A DNA stretch of 64,000 nucleotides from the NCBI GenBank assembly GCA_964016885.1, contig OZ024745.1, forward strand, positions 120,652,001-120,716,000, written 5' to 3'. Of the stretch, positions 40,420 to 54,669 are shown piece by piece. The notes under the pieces were generated by a model, which was not told where the DNA came from, did no database searches, and saw only the letters and a program-made list of their open reading frames with translations. Source of the DNA: Eledone cirrhosa. Lineage: Eukaryota. How positions within the stretch are numbered: the stretch's first letter is position 1; each line of letters opens with the position of its first letter. A program made the translations under genes and the position numbers.

Positions 40420-41880
40420 AAATTAGGCCCCGATAGGTTCCCTGCTTGTGTCCTGAAAGTGTGTCAACACCAACTTGCATCTCCTCTTGCTAATCTGTGG
40501 AGGAACTCACTGGATGCTGGCTATATTCCTGAAAACTTTCTGTCCCAGTTTTCAAAAAGGAAACAAGTCCCTTGCAGTGAATTACCATCCAATCTCACTC
40601 ACCTCTCATATCATTAAGGTATTTGAGAGAGTGGTGTATCACGAATAACTCACTTTCTTAAAAACAACAATCTGCTGAACTCCAACCAACTTGGGGTCTG
40701 TAATGGAAGGGACTGTCTAACACAGCTCCTGCATCACTTTGATGATATTCTAAGAGCTTTGGGAGTGGGTTCCAACACTGATATCATCTACCTTGATTTC
40801 AGCAAGGCCTTTAACAGGATTGATCACAATATTCTACTGAGAAAACTATCCAACATTGATGTGTCTGGGAATGTTACTGCAAAGGATCAAGTGTTTCCTG
40901 TGTTATAGTCGAAGAAGTACAATCAAGCCCAGCCAAAGTAAATAGTGGCATTCCACAAGACACTGTGTTGGACCCACTTCTTTTCAATATCTATATAAAT
41001 GACATTACTGACGTCATCAAGTACAGCAACATAAGAATCTTTGCAGATAATTCCAAGCTCCAGAAGGTCATCAATGGAGTGGGTGACCAGACATGCCTTC
41101 AATCAGATCCATTTTGAAAAAGAGGATGCACAGAAACTTTCATATTCCTTCAGGTGAAACTCTCATGGCATACAACAACATCAGAGACCTGGGAGTAATT
41201 GTGGACAACAACATAAGCTGGGTCACTCATATAAACAGCAAAGTTGACATGGCTCACAGAATGTGTCCCTGGATTCTCAGAACCTTCCAGTCGAGAAATA
41301 TCCACACTATTATCCTTCTCTTCTCCACTTTTGCCTGACCCCCACCTTGAATACTGTTGTCCACTGTGGTCTCCCTACACGAAACAAAGTTTTATGAAAA
41401 TTGAAGCACCTCAAAGGTCAATCATAAAAAAGATAGACGGCATGACAGGCCTTGACTATTGGGGTCAACTAGAAAAGCTACATTATCTGCATGATGTGGA
41501 AAATATTCCATCAGCATTGCCCAAATGATGTTGGCATCATCTTTAAAGTACACCTAAGGCTTGGGCCCCAAGCTATCTGCCCACAACAAAAATCAAACTC
41601 GAATCTCATAACAACAATATGGCAAAATTATTTCACCTCAATTTTAACAATACACCAAAACACATTAAAACAGGAACAGACCCCATAAAATTCAATAAGT
41701 CTTTGGACAAATTCCTCAAAAAAATCCCATATAAATCTCCCACACCTGGATATGTCTCCATAAACAATAACACTCTACTTGAGTGGGCCATGGTGTCCAA
41801 ATCCTGATTTGAAAGACTTCGCCAGGTAGTACTATTAAGTTAGACATGGCCTGGGCTAATATTGGCCCAAACCTATCAAA
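40420..41880 (+). pseudogene. CR1/Jockey-group LINE RT remnant
   Basis: Motifs GPDRFPACVLK, YLDFSKAF, GIPQDTVL.PLLF, IFADNSK, RDLGVIVD and PHLEYCCPLWSPY, with frameshifts. Confidence 0.9.
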
Positions 41881-41967
41881 GTTATATAGACACACACATA
41901 TTTAATATATATATATACATATATATTCATATACACACACATATATTTAATATATATAAACATATAT

Positions 41968-42385
41968 ATCATCATCATCTAACGTCCATCTTCCACGCTA
42001 GCATGGGTTAGACGGTTTTGTTCTATTTGATATGGGAATGGTCGGGATACCGTGTCTCGCTCGTATGGAAGTGTCTCTGGCAGGTTTTTCACAGCTGGAT
42101 GCCCTTCCTAACACCAAACACATTTACAGTGTGGACTATTGTGTCATCGACACAGTGGACGGGGTGGGAAAGAGAGGATGTGGTAGGGTGTGTGGAGTAG
42201 CGTGTATATTGGGTTAAGAGGTGCCTACTGACTGTAGGTTTGTATGCAATGGCAGTCGGGTCTCAATCCAGTGTCATTGTCTTAGAGAGGTGTAAGTGAG
42301 CAAAGTCAGTTTTTATCACCTCGTCCCAGGTTTTTCTTGGTCTACCCACTCCATAGCTTCTATCTATTTTCATTGCCCTGCACTT
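41968..42385 (-). mobile_element. RTE LINE 3' fragment
   Basis: GRPRKTWDEV motif on the minus strand plus 3'UTR and (GAT)n tail. Confidence 0.75.
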
Positions 42386-42597
42386 TTATATACATATATA
42401 TTCATATATACACACATCGTGGAAGAACGGACGTAAAACGGTGATGATATATATATATATATATATATATATACAGGCATATATATTCATATATATATAT
42501 ATATACACATATTTGATATATATATATATGAATGTGTATGACTGTGTGTGTATACACACACAAACACATAATATATTTATACATATATATCCATATA

Positions 42598-42924
42598 TCA
42601 TCATTTCATTTTACGTCCGCTTTTCCCTGCTTGCAAGGGTGGGACGGGAACTGATTCTGGCTTGATTTCTACAGCTGGAGGCCCTTCCTATCACTAACCT
42701 CATTTACAGTGAGTGCTGGGTGCCCTGGCACCTCCACGACCACTTTGCAGTGGAATGATAGGGACCCCAGTCCCTATCATCTCATTTCTACAGCTGAGTA
42801 AACTGGAGCAATGTGAAATAAAGTGTCTTGCTCAAGGAAACAACACATCACCGGTCTGAGAATTGAACTCACAACCTTTTGATTGCAAAGCCAATGCTCT
42901 AACCACTGAGCCATGTGCCTCCAT
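42598..42924 (-). mobile_element. Full-length tRNA/CORE SINE with RTE-like tail
   Basis: ggaggcacatggctcagtggttagagc head, CORE block, atgataggga/tccctatcat hairpin, ggacgtaaaatgaaatgatg tail. Confidence 0.85.
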
Positions 42925-43106
42925 ATACACACATATATTTTATATATATATATATATACATACACATATATAAATATATATATGTGTGTGTGTGTGTGTC
43001 TGTGTATACACAAACACACATATATATATTTATATATGTGTATGTATATATATATATAAAATATATGTGTGTATATGGAGGCACATGGCTCAGTGGTTAG
43101 AGCATT

Positions 43107-43745
43107 GAGAAATTAGGAATAAGAGGGATCCGATGCTGTTTACTCGAGAGAAGACTACGTTGGTATGGTCACGTGATGCGCATGAAAGACGACAGCTGCA
43201 TAAAAAAGTGCAGGGCGATCAAAATTGACGGAAGTTACGGAGTAGGCAGGCCCAGAAAAACCTGGGACGATTTGATAAATTCCGACCTTACACACTTACA
43301 CCTCTCTAAGACAATGTCACTGGACCGAGATCTTTGGCGCTACACAGTAATACAGAAAACCCGCCTTGCCTATGTACAAAGCGAAACCTACCCTACAGTC
43401 AGAAGGCACCTCTTAATCAAATATACCCCCCCATCCCACTACCCCCCCTCAACACCACCCCCTTTCTCTGTAAAGTTATGTTGGTACCACAACATCCAGT
43501 CCTAAATAAATGAGGTCGTGTAGATGACATGACAAAAAAACACACAGTCCACGCTGTAATGTGGCCGAGTAGGTGACAGGGTAAAAACTTCCCAGTCCAC
43601 ACTGTAAACGTAGTTGGTGTTAGGAAGGGCATCCAGCCATAGAAAACCTGCCTATACGAGTGAGACGACCAATCTTGCCTCAAGTGGGACAATTCCCATC
43701 TAAACCCATGCTAGCGTGGAAGGTAGATGTTAAATGATGATGATG

Positions 43746-43746
<1 letters not shown>
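43107..43746 (+). pseudogene. 5'-truncated RTE LINE
   Basis: RRLRWYGHVMRM...GRPRKTWDD...DRDLWR followed by 3'UTR and (GAT)n. Confidence 0.9.
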
Positions 43747-44230
<484 letters not shown>

Positions 44231-44344
44231 TGTGTAGTTAGTTTATATATTTTCTGTATAAATAGTGAAACCATATGAAAATCATTTCATTTTTGTTTTA
44301 CTTAAAGTTATTATAAGTGACTCAAGATGATATGTTATTCATAC

Positions 44345-45110
44345 ACTTCTTCTCCTCCTCCTCGTCCTTCTTCTTCACCCACTTATTCCTGAGAAGTTCG
44401 TGGGCGCAGAAGTTTCAAACACTCCTTCCAGCGGGTCCTGTTTGAACCTTTCGTCTCCAAATGATCCAGCTATATCCCCAAGCATGACCAGCCAAGCTCA
44501 CGGATGTTATCCAACTATCTTGGTTGGGACTTACACCTGGGTCTCCTGCCGGTTGGTTTTGCCCATGAAATCTGTCCAGCAATTCTTTCCTGAGACATTC
44601 TAACTACTATCGGAGATGTGGTCTCTCAATTTGGAGAAGTAGTGGCTCTACTTGGAGTGACTTTCTGATCTCCGAGCTAGGTACTCTATTGAGTAACTTT
44701 GCTCCAAAGACCCTTCAGAGGAACCCCATTTCGGCCACTTGTATTAGCAATTGTATTCTTTCAATCATTACCTAAGATTCATGACCATAGGTAACGGTTG
44801 GCACAAATACTGAATTTAAAATAGTGAGTTTCGCCTTTACACCCACCACCCTGTCTTTCATCACTCGTGAACATGGCCCCAAGATACTTGAACTTCTCCA
44901 CCTGATTCAGTGCAACTTCATTCACATGTAGAGTGCACTGTGCAGGTTTCCTTGAGAGGATGAGTGTCTCAGTATTCACAGCACTTATTTTCATTCCAGC
45001 CAAGTAGCACTCGGCATCAAACCTATCAAGTGCAAGTCGGAGATCACCTTCTGTTGAGTTGAGTAACACCATGTCGTCTGCAAATTCCAGTCGACTGATT
45101 TCATACCTAG
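44345..45110 (-). pseudogene. RTE (Expander-like) LINE RT/C-terminal fragment
   Basis: EFADDMVLL...GMKIS...QVEKFKYLG. Confidence 0.85.
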
Positions 45111-45464
45111 TCCTATATCAATGAACAAGCCTATTTTTGTATCTTGCCCATATTCAACATGGAATAATGGAATTGTAGATCGACAATTAATTAATTATAT
45201 TATATTATCCAAGTGAATATATTCATTTTCAATCAGAAGTATAGGTGGAGAAAAAGGAGTGTGACAGAGCTCGGAACAGTCTTAGAACAGGATAGAAACA
45301 ATCTTGAATGTACTCAATTCATTTCCTTTATCTACAAAGGTGAAAGCAGTTAATTCAAGTTCAAATTCCTGTCTGTTATAGAAATTTTCCAACATTAACT
45401 TTTTCTTTTTCATGTTATTCATACATTGCCATCATCATCATCATCCACTTTCTTTGCAAGGAAA

Positions 45465-45606
45465 GGTTGGACATCATGTTGAACATCATGTTGGACATCA
45501 TGTTGGACATCATGTGTGTACATCATGTTGGACATCATGTTGGACATCTTGTTGGACATCATGTTGGACATCATGTTGGACATCATGTGTGTACATCATG
45601 TGTGTA
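45465..45606. repeat. 12-bp tandem gttggacatcat
   Basis: About 11 copies. Confidence 0.9.
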
Positions 45607-45879
45607 CATGTTTGAGTTACATGACTTAATTACATACATATTGTTTCTGAAAGTATGACAGTGAATACATCATGCCAAGTCCAATGTTATATGAAGACAT
45701 CTCACTTTAGTGGCTGACACATTTCTGTTTCTCTAAGCCGTATTTTTCGTGTAAGAGAGGAAACCTCGATATGCAGAAAAGGATTAGGTAAAAATTCCAT
45801 AAAGTGTGCCCAGTATAAACTCTGAATACACAAGATGTGTATTGAAATCAAAGACAAACTAACAGAAAAACTAGACTAA

Positions 45880-46505
45880 GTATATGACAGATGCACTGGA
45901 ACAGTAAGCAGTAAGGAAACATGAAATAAATTCCTTCAAATGCCCAGGTGTCCAAGAAGAGTTGATAGGTTTTGTTGCTTAGGTAGCAGAATTAGTAGTG
46001 GAGATGAGTGATCTAAAACTATAGTAACCAGAGTTGGAAAAAGTTCAGGGAGTTATTACCTCTTCAAAGAATTTCTTTCTCAGCATAAAGGGCAGATTGT
46101 ATGATGCTTGTGAAAGAACAGCTATGATGCATGGTAGCAAGACATGGGCTTTGAATGTAAAGGATTTTCAAAGACAAGAAAAAATGAAGTGAGCATGCAC
46201 CACTGGATGTGTATTGTTAGTGTAAATGAACAGCAAAGCATAAATGAATTGAAAGAAAAATTTGATACAAGAGGAATGCAATATTGTTCAGGAGAGAAGG
46301 TTGTGCTGATACACAGGATGACAGCTGTATAAAGAAATGCAGGGCACTCAAAGTGCATGGAACCTATGGTAGAGGGAGACCCAGGAAGACAAGAGTAATG
46401 GGGACTGCTCTAGGGATAATGAGCCACATAAAGAAGTGGATAAAGGGCTGCAAGGAATAGTGACTAGCAGTATTGGAGAAGTCCTGTCCACTTGTGCAAG
46501 CATGG
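45880..46505 (+). pseudogene. Highly decayed RTE LINE fragment
   Basis: KGRLYDAC.RTAMMHGSKTW and RGRPRKT motifs. Confidence 0.7.
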
Positions 46506-47529
46506 TGTTATTTGGATGGTAGTAGTGATGGTGGCTGGAATGTATAATATTGGAATCTCTTGATCAATATGTCCCTATTAAATCTCCACCTTCATCTTTG
46601 TATCATTTATCCTTTCTCCTTTTCACTACACCATGCTACTTGTATAAGTAAAGTTGGTACTGGATCTCTGCAGCCCTTTCCTCTGTCCGACATATGCCCT
46701 TTCTCTTGTTCACAGCCCCATACCAACAATGTAATAAGAGATGGCACTGGACCTGTCTATATTCAATCCTTCCTTACCAGCAGCCTTCTCATTCTATTTC
46801 TCTATCTCATCACAATAATTATGTATGAGGGATTGCATCAGACTTAATTCATCCTGATACATCTTACAGTCACCCGTTCTATGATACCATCAATTCACCT
46901 TTATCACTTTCTCTTACCACTGCCCACCACTCTCTCTCATCAGCAAGCATGTAGTTGCCATCTCTATCCCTCTACCTTTACTTATTGCCATTCATTAGTC
47001 TCTCTCTCTCATTGCTATCCCCTCTGTCACCTCCCACCCCAATCGGTTGCTCCTATCATACTCTCATACTCTTTACCAACTAATGTTGGTTCTTTTGCCA
47101 TTGCCCTCTCTTCCATTCATCTTCTTAGTCATGTTGGTTTCAATGAATAGATCCAACATAAGAGGAATGAGTAAGCTTTAGTCATCTTAGAGAAAAGGCA
47201 ACCTCACTAGTGTTGGTGCTACAATAAAATACTCTCAATACATTCCATAAAGTGATAAAAAAATAGTGACAATATAGGGTAAGAGGATCTTTTAGTTTGG
47301 CCAAGGACATGACAACTTCTCTTGTGTTGGTGCCATTGATAAAATGCACCCAGTACACTCTGTAAAGTAGTTGGTATTGGGAAACACATTCAGCCATAGA
47401 AACCATGTAGAAAATTGGAACATACAACCCAAATATAATACTATGACCCACATAGGAGGGCAACAGTTCCCCCAAAACAACTGAGATTGCAACAAATTCA
47501 ACCCATGTGAAGATAAAAAGCTGAATTGA

Positions 47530-47587
<58 letters not shown>

Positions 47588-47667
47588 GTAAACAGAAATA
47601 ACAACACAATCGGTACAGTATATGGAAGGGATATATTAGGTTAACGCTTGATATAGCAGGAAGAGGG

Positions 47668-47703
47668 TCTTAACGTTTTGGATGGTAGTCCATCATCAGA
47701 AGA
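47668..47703 (-). ncRNA. Minimal hammerhead ribozyme with G12>A change
   Basis: Minus: tctt-CTGATGA-t-gga-ctacca-tcc-AAAAC-GTT-aaga; island lies between two (TA)n runs. Confidence 0.7.
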
Positions 47704-47733
47704 AAGAATGAGAATAGTTGTAGGGTTGCAAGG

Positions 47734-47776
<43 letters not shown>

Positions 47777-47877
47777 TCACAACCCGACCCTCTACCAATA
47801 CTGCCAATCCAGCCCCTTAAAACCATATTCCAATAATAGAATTTCTCTTACACTCCTGCTGCTGCCATAGAACTTAC

Positions 47878-47984
47878 CTCTAGTTTACAATTCCCCATCC
47901 CCTTTTGAACTCTTGACCAGTCAATTAACACAATTAGATATACACACACATATTTACAGGATGTTTCCAAAAAACAACTTTGTT
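47878..47984 (-). other. Candidate host-gene exon
   Basis: Acceptor tgtttctttacAG and donor GAG|GTAAGT; ends with ATG GGG AAT TGT AAA CTA GAG (MGNCKLE). Confidence 0.4.
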
Positions 47985-49578
47985 CTGTAAAGAAACACAG
48001 CTGCTGCTATCTTCACTACCATCTCTCTATTAACAAGAACTCATTCTCAAGCCAAATTTTGAGCAAGAAAGATGGGAGAAAAATTACTCCAACATTTGAT
48101 TTTAATTTTAAATCTTTAATCTTTAGTTTTTAACTCCTATTAATTCTTTTTAATTTTTTATTTCAATACTCAACATTTGATAAGATAAATTTTAATAATA
48201 CATCGAAACCGGTAATACTTTATATACATTATAAAACTTTTTTTTAAAAAGAACTGTCCCTCTCATTTTTTCAATAAAGTCATCTGTTCAATAATGTCAC
48301 TTTGACGAATCAAAGAAGGGATAAAAAAAGAAAAACAGACCCTTAAATATATTTTCCATGCTATTTCCAACTTCACCTTTTCTCTCTCTATATATATATA
48401 TATTTTTTTTTTTTTATATATACATACACACAATTCTATATGTAGCTATGTGTGGGATTATTTGCATCTATATATTGATTTTTAACACTGACACAAGGTT
48501 AGATATATTTGAGGAGTAGGTGAAAGATCATACTGACTATATCCAGCCAAGTATTTGACTGGAATAGGTAGGAAGCTGGCAGAACCTTTAGAGTGTTGGA
48601 AAGAATGTATGGCAGTATTCTTTCTTGTTCCTTGCACTCTGAGTTCAAATCCCACTGAGATCAACTTTGTTTTTAATCTTTTGGGAGTGATAAAGTACTA
48701 GTTCAATGGTGAAGTCATTCCTTCATCTCTCACTCTCTCTCTTTCTTTCTGGTTGTGGCTATAGTGAAAAATGGTGGCCGGAAGGGGGGGGGGTCATCAG
48801 GTTTAGGATTTTCATGACACTCTTACGATTGCATCAGATGTTGAGGGTTCAAGGCAAGTAAAGATAAAAGAATGTGAAGCCTTTAGTGGAATTTGTACTC
48901 AGAATAAAGTGCATTCAGCCATAGAAAAGCTGCCAAACAAAAGGCCAGAAAGACTCTTCTTATGTCAACCTCCATAATGTTGGTGCCATGATAAAATGCA
49001 GCCAGTGCACTTGGTAGAGTTCAGGAATGTATGTAAGCAAGAAGTGAGGCTTATCTATCTGGGAGGTAAGTAGCTCTCATTAAGTACTGACTTGCTCTGC
49101 AACAACCCATCTAACTCTTGATAACAGGACAGAAATGGACATATGAGGATGATGACAATGATGATGATGAATATAAATGGTTGAAATTGAATGCAGCAAA
49201 GATATATTTGTCTAGAAACTACTACTTCTGCCATTCACCACTGTTGTTGTTTAGCCACAGATTAACCGATTGGATAGACCTATGGTCAAAGGCAGTCTAG
49301 ACATGACCATCTTAATTATTTTTCAGTTAATATACTCTGGGCAACATTATCCAATACATCCTTCTTTTTATAAGATAGTAGAGTGTGGTTTGGACTGCTA
49401 TTTCTAGCAAATGGATCAACAACATAGATGCTCCCACATTGTGTTCTGTGGTTAATGTGAAATTCTTGTTAATCAAACAGTCCAATGTACACAACCTTTT
49501 TAAAGTTATTTAGCTCAACATTTTGTACATCTAGGAGTTTGTTGTCCAATGGGTCCTTCCTTCTCTAAAACAATAGAG

Positions 49579-49800
49579 ATTTAGCATTTACATTACTCTA
49601 TATATACTATTGTATTTTCATGGTAAACACTTTATTTCATATAATTATCTCACATAATATCAATCTATGAGATTTTGATGATATTTATTTTGAGAACAAT
49701 ACCTTAACATAAGTATGAGTAGCCATTTACAGCCAGTTTGAACAGAAAGAGATGAGATAATTCTGGCCGGATACAGCCGGTTTGAATGCTAATGGGTTAA
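49579..49800 (+). mobile_element. piggyBac-like MITE
   Basis: Family match, ends gctaatgggTTAA. Confidence 0.75.
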
Positions 49801-50279
49801 GAGGCATTTGACTGCTATTTCTAAATCACAGAAAGGTTCAACTTGCTGTTGAGTGGTTGGGTTGCTTTATTATTAAATCTAAAAAAAATTCCCAAGTAAA
49901 CATTAATATTCAAAAATTTATAATAAAAATAGAACATAGGCAAGTTGTAAAGGAATAAATTACATATAACATATTTTAATGCTGATTGTTATTATGTCAT
50001 ATTTATTTTTTATTCATTTATATATTTGTTGCTGTTGTTAAATCCTTCTAATGTCGCCTTTTTGTAGATTAATAAGGGTGGTTTTGTAGGAAACAGATGT
50101 AACTGAATTTTACTGAAATATCTCAAGAATTTCACAGAAGAATGAAAAATTTATAGAAATAGCTCCAAAACATGAAAATGAAAAAAATGCTGTTTTCTGT
50201 CTTCTACAAAACAAATAAATACAAATGAGAGGTTGAAATGACAGATACTTATGAGGTAAAAAGAGAAACAACAGAGATT

Positions 50280-50990
50280 GGGAAAAGGCTAAAAATGGCT
50301 TTACAAAATGACATGATAAAGTGATGGCAAAAACCTGCAGTATAGCAAATATAAGAAAAAGTTGAACAGAAAAATGCTCAAACTTTGTTCAAAGTGGAGG
50401 ACTCAAACCTGAGACTAAAGAAACCATGAGAATATAACGAAGCAGAATATTTGGAGATAAGGAAAGAAAAATGAATCACATTGTCTCTGGCTGCTCATTC
50501 TATGACAAAAAATAATACATCGATAGGCTTACATAGAAAGCTACATACACTGGAAGTTATGCCATCATTATGAAATACTAACAGAAAAGAGGTGGTATAA
50601 GTATATACCAGAAAATGTCTCAGAGAATGATAAAGCATCCAAACTCTGGGATATGCAAATACACACAGACAAGACTAATCAATCAGATACTAGGTTCAAA
50701 GACAACCAGAAAAATAATTGGTTCTACTTTTGGCACAAGACTAACAATTACCCCAGTGCATTACTGGTACTTTATTTTATCAACCCCATAAGGATGAAAG
50801 GCAAAGCTAACTTCAATGGGATTTGAACCCAGAACATAAAGGGCATAACTCTATGTTGCAAAGCATAAAGTCTGACGCTCCACCGTGCTCTGTCAAACAT
50901 AAGTGAAGATATTATATCTCTCAATGAAATGAAGAAATTAACCAAATGTAAAGATCTGGAAAAGAGATATCTGAAACAACAAAAATAACA
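50280..50990 (+). pseudogene. Decayed R4/Dong-type RLE-domain fragment with nested SINE
   Basis: HIVSGC, IHWKLCHHY, WYK..PENVSEN and LWD..IHTD motifs. Confidence 0.7.
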
Positions 50991-51302
50991 CACAAAAATA
51001 ATTGATTCCACTTTTGGCACAAGGCCAGCAATTATCCCAGTGTATTACTGGTACTTTATTTTATCGACCTCGTAAGGATGAAAGGCAAAGTTAACATCGG
51101 TGGGATTTGAACTGAAATCATAAAGGGCCGTAACTCTATGTTGCAAAGCAGGGCGTCTGATCCTCTACCGATTGCTACTGTGTAGTGCACACAAACTACA
51201 TAAGTATTTCAATAGGAGAACATAAAAACAAAACAGTAGACATAACCCAGGCACACACATCTGTGTATGTGTGTGTGTGTCATCATGATCATCATCATCG
51301 TG

Positions 51303-51353
<51 letters not shown>

Positions 51354-51420
51354 CAAGGCTCTGATACCATCAACACTATAAACACAGAGCTACAGAGCTG
51401 GCATATCTAAGAACTGACTA

Positions 51421-51476
51421 ACTGCCTGATGAGATCATAGCCATTCAATGGCTATCATCAAAATATATATAGCAGT
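51421..51476 (+). ncRNA. Hammerhead ribozyme with G12>A change
   Basis: actgc-CTGATGA-gatcatagcca-ttcaa-tggctatcatc-AAAA-tatata-TA-gcagt, followed by AATAAA. Confidence 0.75.
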
Positions 51477-51529
51477 AAATAAAGGATTATGAGTTCATGC
51501 AATTGACTTATGTTTCGTCACTATATATA

Positions 51530-52207
51530 TCATCATCATCATCATCATCAACGTTTAACGTCCGTGTTCCACGCTTGCATGGGTTTGGACGGGGGTAGTC
51601 CCACTTGAAGCAAGAGTGATTGTCTTGCTCGCATAGGACTGTCTGACAGGTTTTCTACAGTTGGATGTCCTTCCTAACACCAACCACATTTACAGTGTGG
51701 GTCTGGGAGGTTTTTACCGTGTTGCCTACACGGCCACATTACAGCGTGGACTGTGTGTTTTTTTGTCGTGACACCTACACGATCTCATTTGTTTCGGCCT
51801 GGATGGCGCGTCACCAACATAACTTTACATAGAACGGGGCTGGTGTGGATGGGGTGGGGTGGTGGTGGTGGGACGGGGTGTATTTTGTTAGAGATGCCTA
51901 CTGGCTGGAGTAGGTTTTACTATATATTTAGGTAAGGCGGGTCTTCTCTGTTACTGAGTACCGCCAAAGGTCTCGGTCCAGTGACATTGTCTTGGAGAGG
52001 TGTAAGTGTGTGATGTCGGAGTTTATCAGCTCGTCCCAGGTTTTTCTAGGTCTGCCTATTCCGTGACTACCGTCTATCTTTATTGCCCTGCACTTTGTTA
52101 TACAGCTATCGACTTTCATGCGCATCACGTGTCCATACCAACGTAGCCTTCTCTCGAGTAAACAACATCTGATCCCTCTTATCTCTAATTTTTTCCTTAG
52201 TTCGTTT
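51530..52207 (-). pseudogene. 5'-truncated RTE LINE
   Basis: NELRKKLEIRGIRCCLLERRLRWYGHVMRM...GRPRKTW; 3'UTR and (GAT)n tail. Confidence 0.9.
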
Positions 52208-52213
52208 ATATAT

Positions 52214-52262
<49 letters not shown>

Positions 52263-52316
52263 ACAAATATATAACATGAAAGGCAGATGTGTGTGCCTGG
52301 GTTATATCCATATATA

Positions 52317-52660
52317 GGAGGCACATGGCTTAATGGTTAGAGCATTAGCTTTGCAATCGAAAGGTTATGAGTTCAATTCTCTGACCGGGTGATGTGTTGT
52401 TTCCTTGAGCAAGACACTTTATTTCACATTGCTCCAGTTTACTCAGCTGTAGAAATGAGATGATAGGGACTGGGGTCCCTATCATTGCACTGCAAAGTGG
52501 TCGTGGAGGTGCCACGGCAAAAAAGCACCCAGCACTCACTGTAAATGAGGTTGGTGTTAGGAAGGGCATCCAGCTGTAGAAATCAAGCCAGAATCAGTTC
52601 CCGTCCTACCCGTGCAAGCAGGGAAAAAGCGGACGTAAAATGAAATGATGAAATGATGAT
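52317..52660 (+). mobile_element. Full-length tRNA/CORE SINE with RTE-like tail
   Basis: Same family as 42598-42924. Confidence 0.85.
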
Positions 52661-52740
52661 ATATATATATATATATAGACTGCCAAGACTGAAATTGAAC
52701 CATCAACTCAGATGAGGTATGGCATTCATCAATTCATATA

Positions 52741-52802
52741 TTTTATCTGATGAGGACGTACTGAAAAAACAGCACAGTACCTCAGAAATATATATAATAA
52801 AA
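52741..52802 (+). ncRNA. Hammerhead ribozyme with intact core
   Basis: ttttat-CTGATGA-ggacgtactg...cagtacctca-GAAA-tatata-TA-ataaaa. Confidence 0.75.
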
Positions 52803-53023
52803 CATATATTTTGATTATGTAAATGTCTCCATTTATTAATATTTTGAATAATATAAATATATATATATATATATATGATATAAGCACTCGGTAGTAGGGA
52901 AAATAAATGTAAATTTATATATACACAAGGGAACGGGCGAAGGCTTCAAGGATATCATCTTTGTCTGTTCCCTTGTCATTTTAATTTGAATTGCCTCGGG
53001 AACGTAACCTTATTATGTAAGAA

Positions 53024-53097
53024 GCTGTCTGATGAGATCATGGCACTGGGTATACGGAATCGCATGGTCACTGTCGTCATTGAAATATGTATCAGTC
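53024..53097 (+). ncRNA. Hammerhead ribozyme-like motif
   Basis: gctgt-CTGATGA-gat...att-GAAA-tatg-TA-tcagt with imperfect stems; AATAAA follows. Confidence 0.55.
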
Positions 53098-53160
53098 TTA
53101 TCAATAAAGGACTTTAACATCTTAAACTACTTCGCATTTTCTTATTCTATATATACATAC

Positions 53161-53236
<76 letters not shown>

Positions 53237-54325
53237 ATTAATCTCCCGAGTCTAGCAATTAACCAGTTATTTTTTTTATTTTTTTTTAGTTAATTCTATT
53301 GACTGATTAAGTTTATTTTAAAAACTACCCAGTCGAGAGCTTAATTCGTTTTGTGCTATTTTTGCAATTTTTGCATTGACTACACATACTGAATTCATTT
53401 GCCAAAACTTGGAGTTTTCTCCCCTTTAGAGTTACACAGGTGCTTTCAAAACACTGTGAGATTCTAATCCTGGCGCAGAACAAAATACCTGTTGAGAACA
53501 TGATATCCTTGTTAGATCACTATACCAAAAGCTTATTTTTTTAAGCAGACACTATTATAGATTTAGGTGTCACAGAAACCCTGTATTGGATTTTACCATC
53601 ATTTCCAAGAGTCCGGGTAAATATTTCAATCATATCATATTTTGTTTGACCCGCTTAGCTTGCTCATTATTTTGGTTTGGGTGGTTAATAGCTTCTTAAC
53701 CGCCGTCTCAGTTTGTATGGCCTTTATAACACGTTTATTGCTCTGGTCTCTTCTGGTCCATGGAGCGCTTGCCAACACAAATCGGAGGTTGCGTTTCACT
53801 AATTTCTACTCGCTGAAATGCGATTCTCACTAAATTTATATTTATATATATATATATATATACACATATATATAGGAGTCAGGATCGATCATTAATTGAT
53901 CGTTCCTCGAGCTGATCAGCAGTGAAACATATGTAATATGTAATTAAATATGTTTATGATGCAACACTGATTCTCTGTTCCCTTATATATTATTATTACA
54001 CTGTTACTGTCGCACTATTTCTCACCATGGGACTTGGAGACGGCAGCCATTCTATTGTACAGCAATTGGAGACTGAATTTTTCTAATTTGTTAATTTGTG
54101 TTTGAAATATGTTGGCTCAGTGCTTATGGCGGGAGTGGAACTATTTCAATTACATCTCCTGCCATCACGCAAGTTTCTGAATCAGTAGCCAATCGGTGAA
54201 TGGCATTGTGATGATGCGTAGGGATTTCAGTTGCTAATGTTTTACTGTGTTGGTGTCACATTCAATCATAGCTGACATGGACTGGAATTGAATTCTGTCG
54301 ATTGATTGGTTATTGATTAGGTGAA

Positions 54326-54423
54326 ACCCGCTGATGAAGCCACATGGGCCAATTGTGCATTTTTGCATAATAAATGCAGACAGTAGATGCTGTATTATGT
54401 GTGGCCGAAACTCGAGTACAGGT
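54326..54423 (+). ncRNA. Hammerhead ribozyme with long stem II
   Basis: acccg-CTGATGA-agccacat...gtgtggcc-GAAAC-tcga-GTA-caggt; palindromic ACTCGAGT stem III. Confidence 0.75.
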
Positions 54424-54669
54424 AAAGATTGAAGGTCTCCATTTATGTGTGTTGTATTGAAGCGTATAACTATGTGTATACTCTGGGAGTTTACTTAACA
54501 TTACCTATTGAGTACGCTGAGATGCAACAGGTACTAGCAGTGAAACCCATGCTAGTTCTATCATCTTATATATATACATACATATATACACACATACACA
54601 TACACACACATATATATATGTATATATATATACACACATAAATATATACATATAGACATACATATATAT

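Noticed and set aside
46620-47110. Possible decayed Penelope-like fragment
   Set aside because: Motifs too eroded to support a call
52317-52390. tRNA gene (also at 42850-42924 and 32610-32680)
   Set aside because: tRNA-like SINE heads fused to CORE domains, with no clean cloverleaf or terminator
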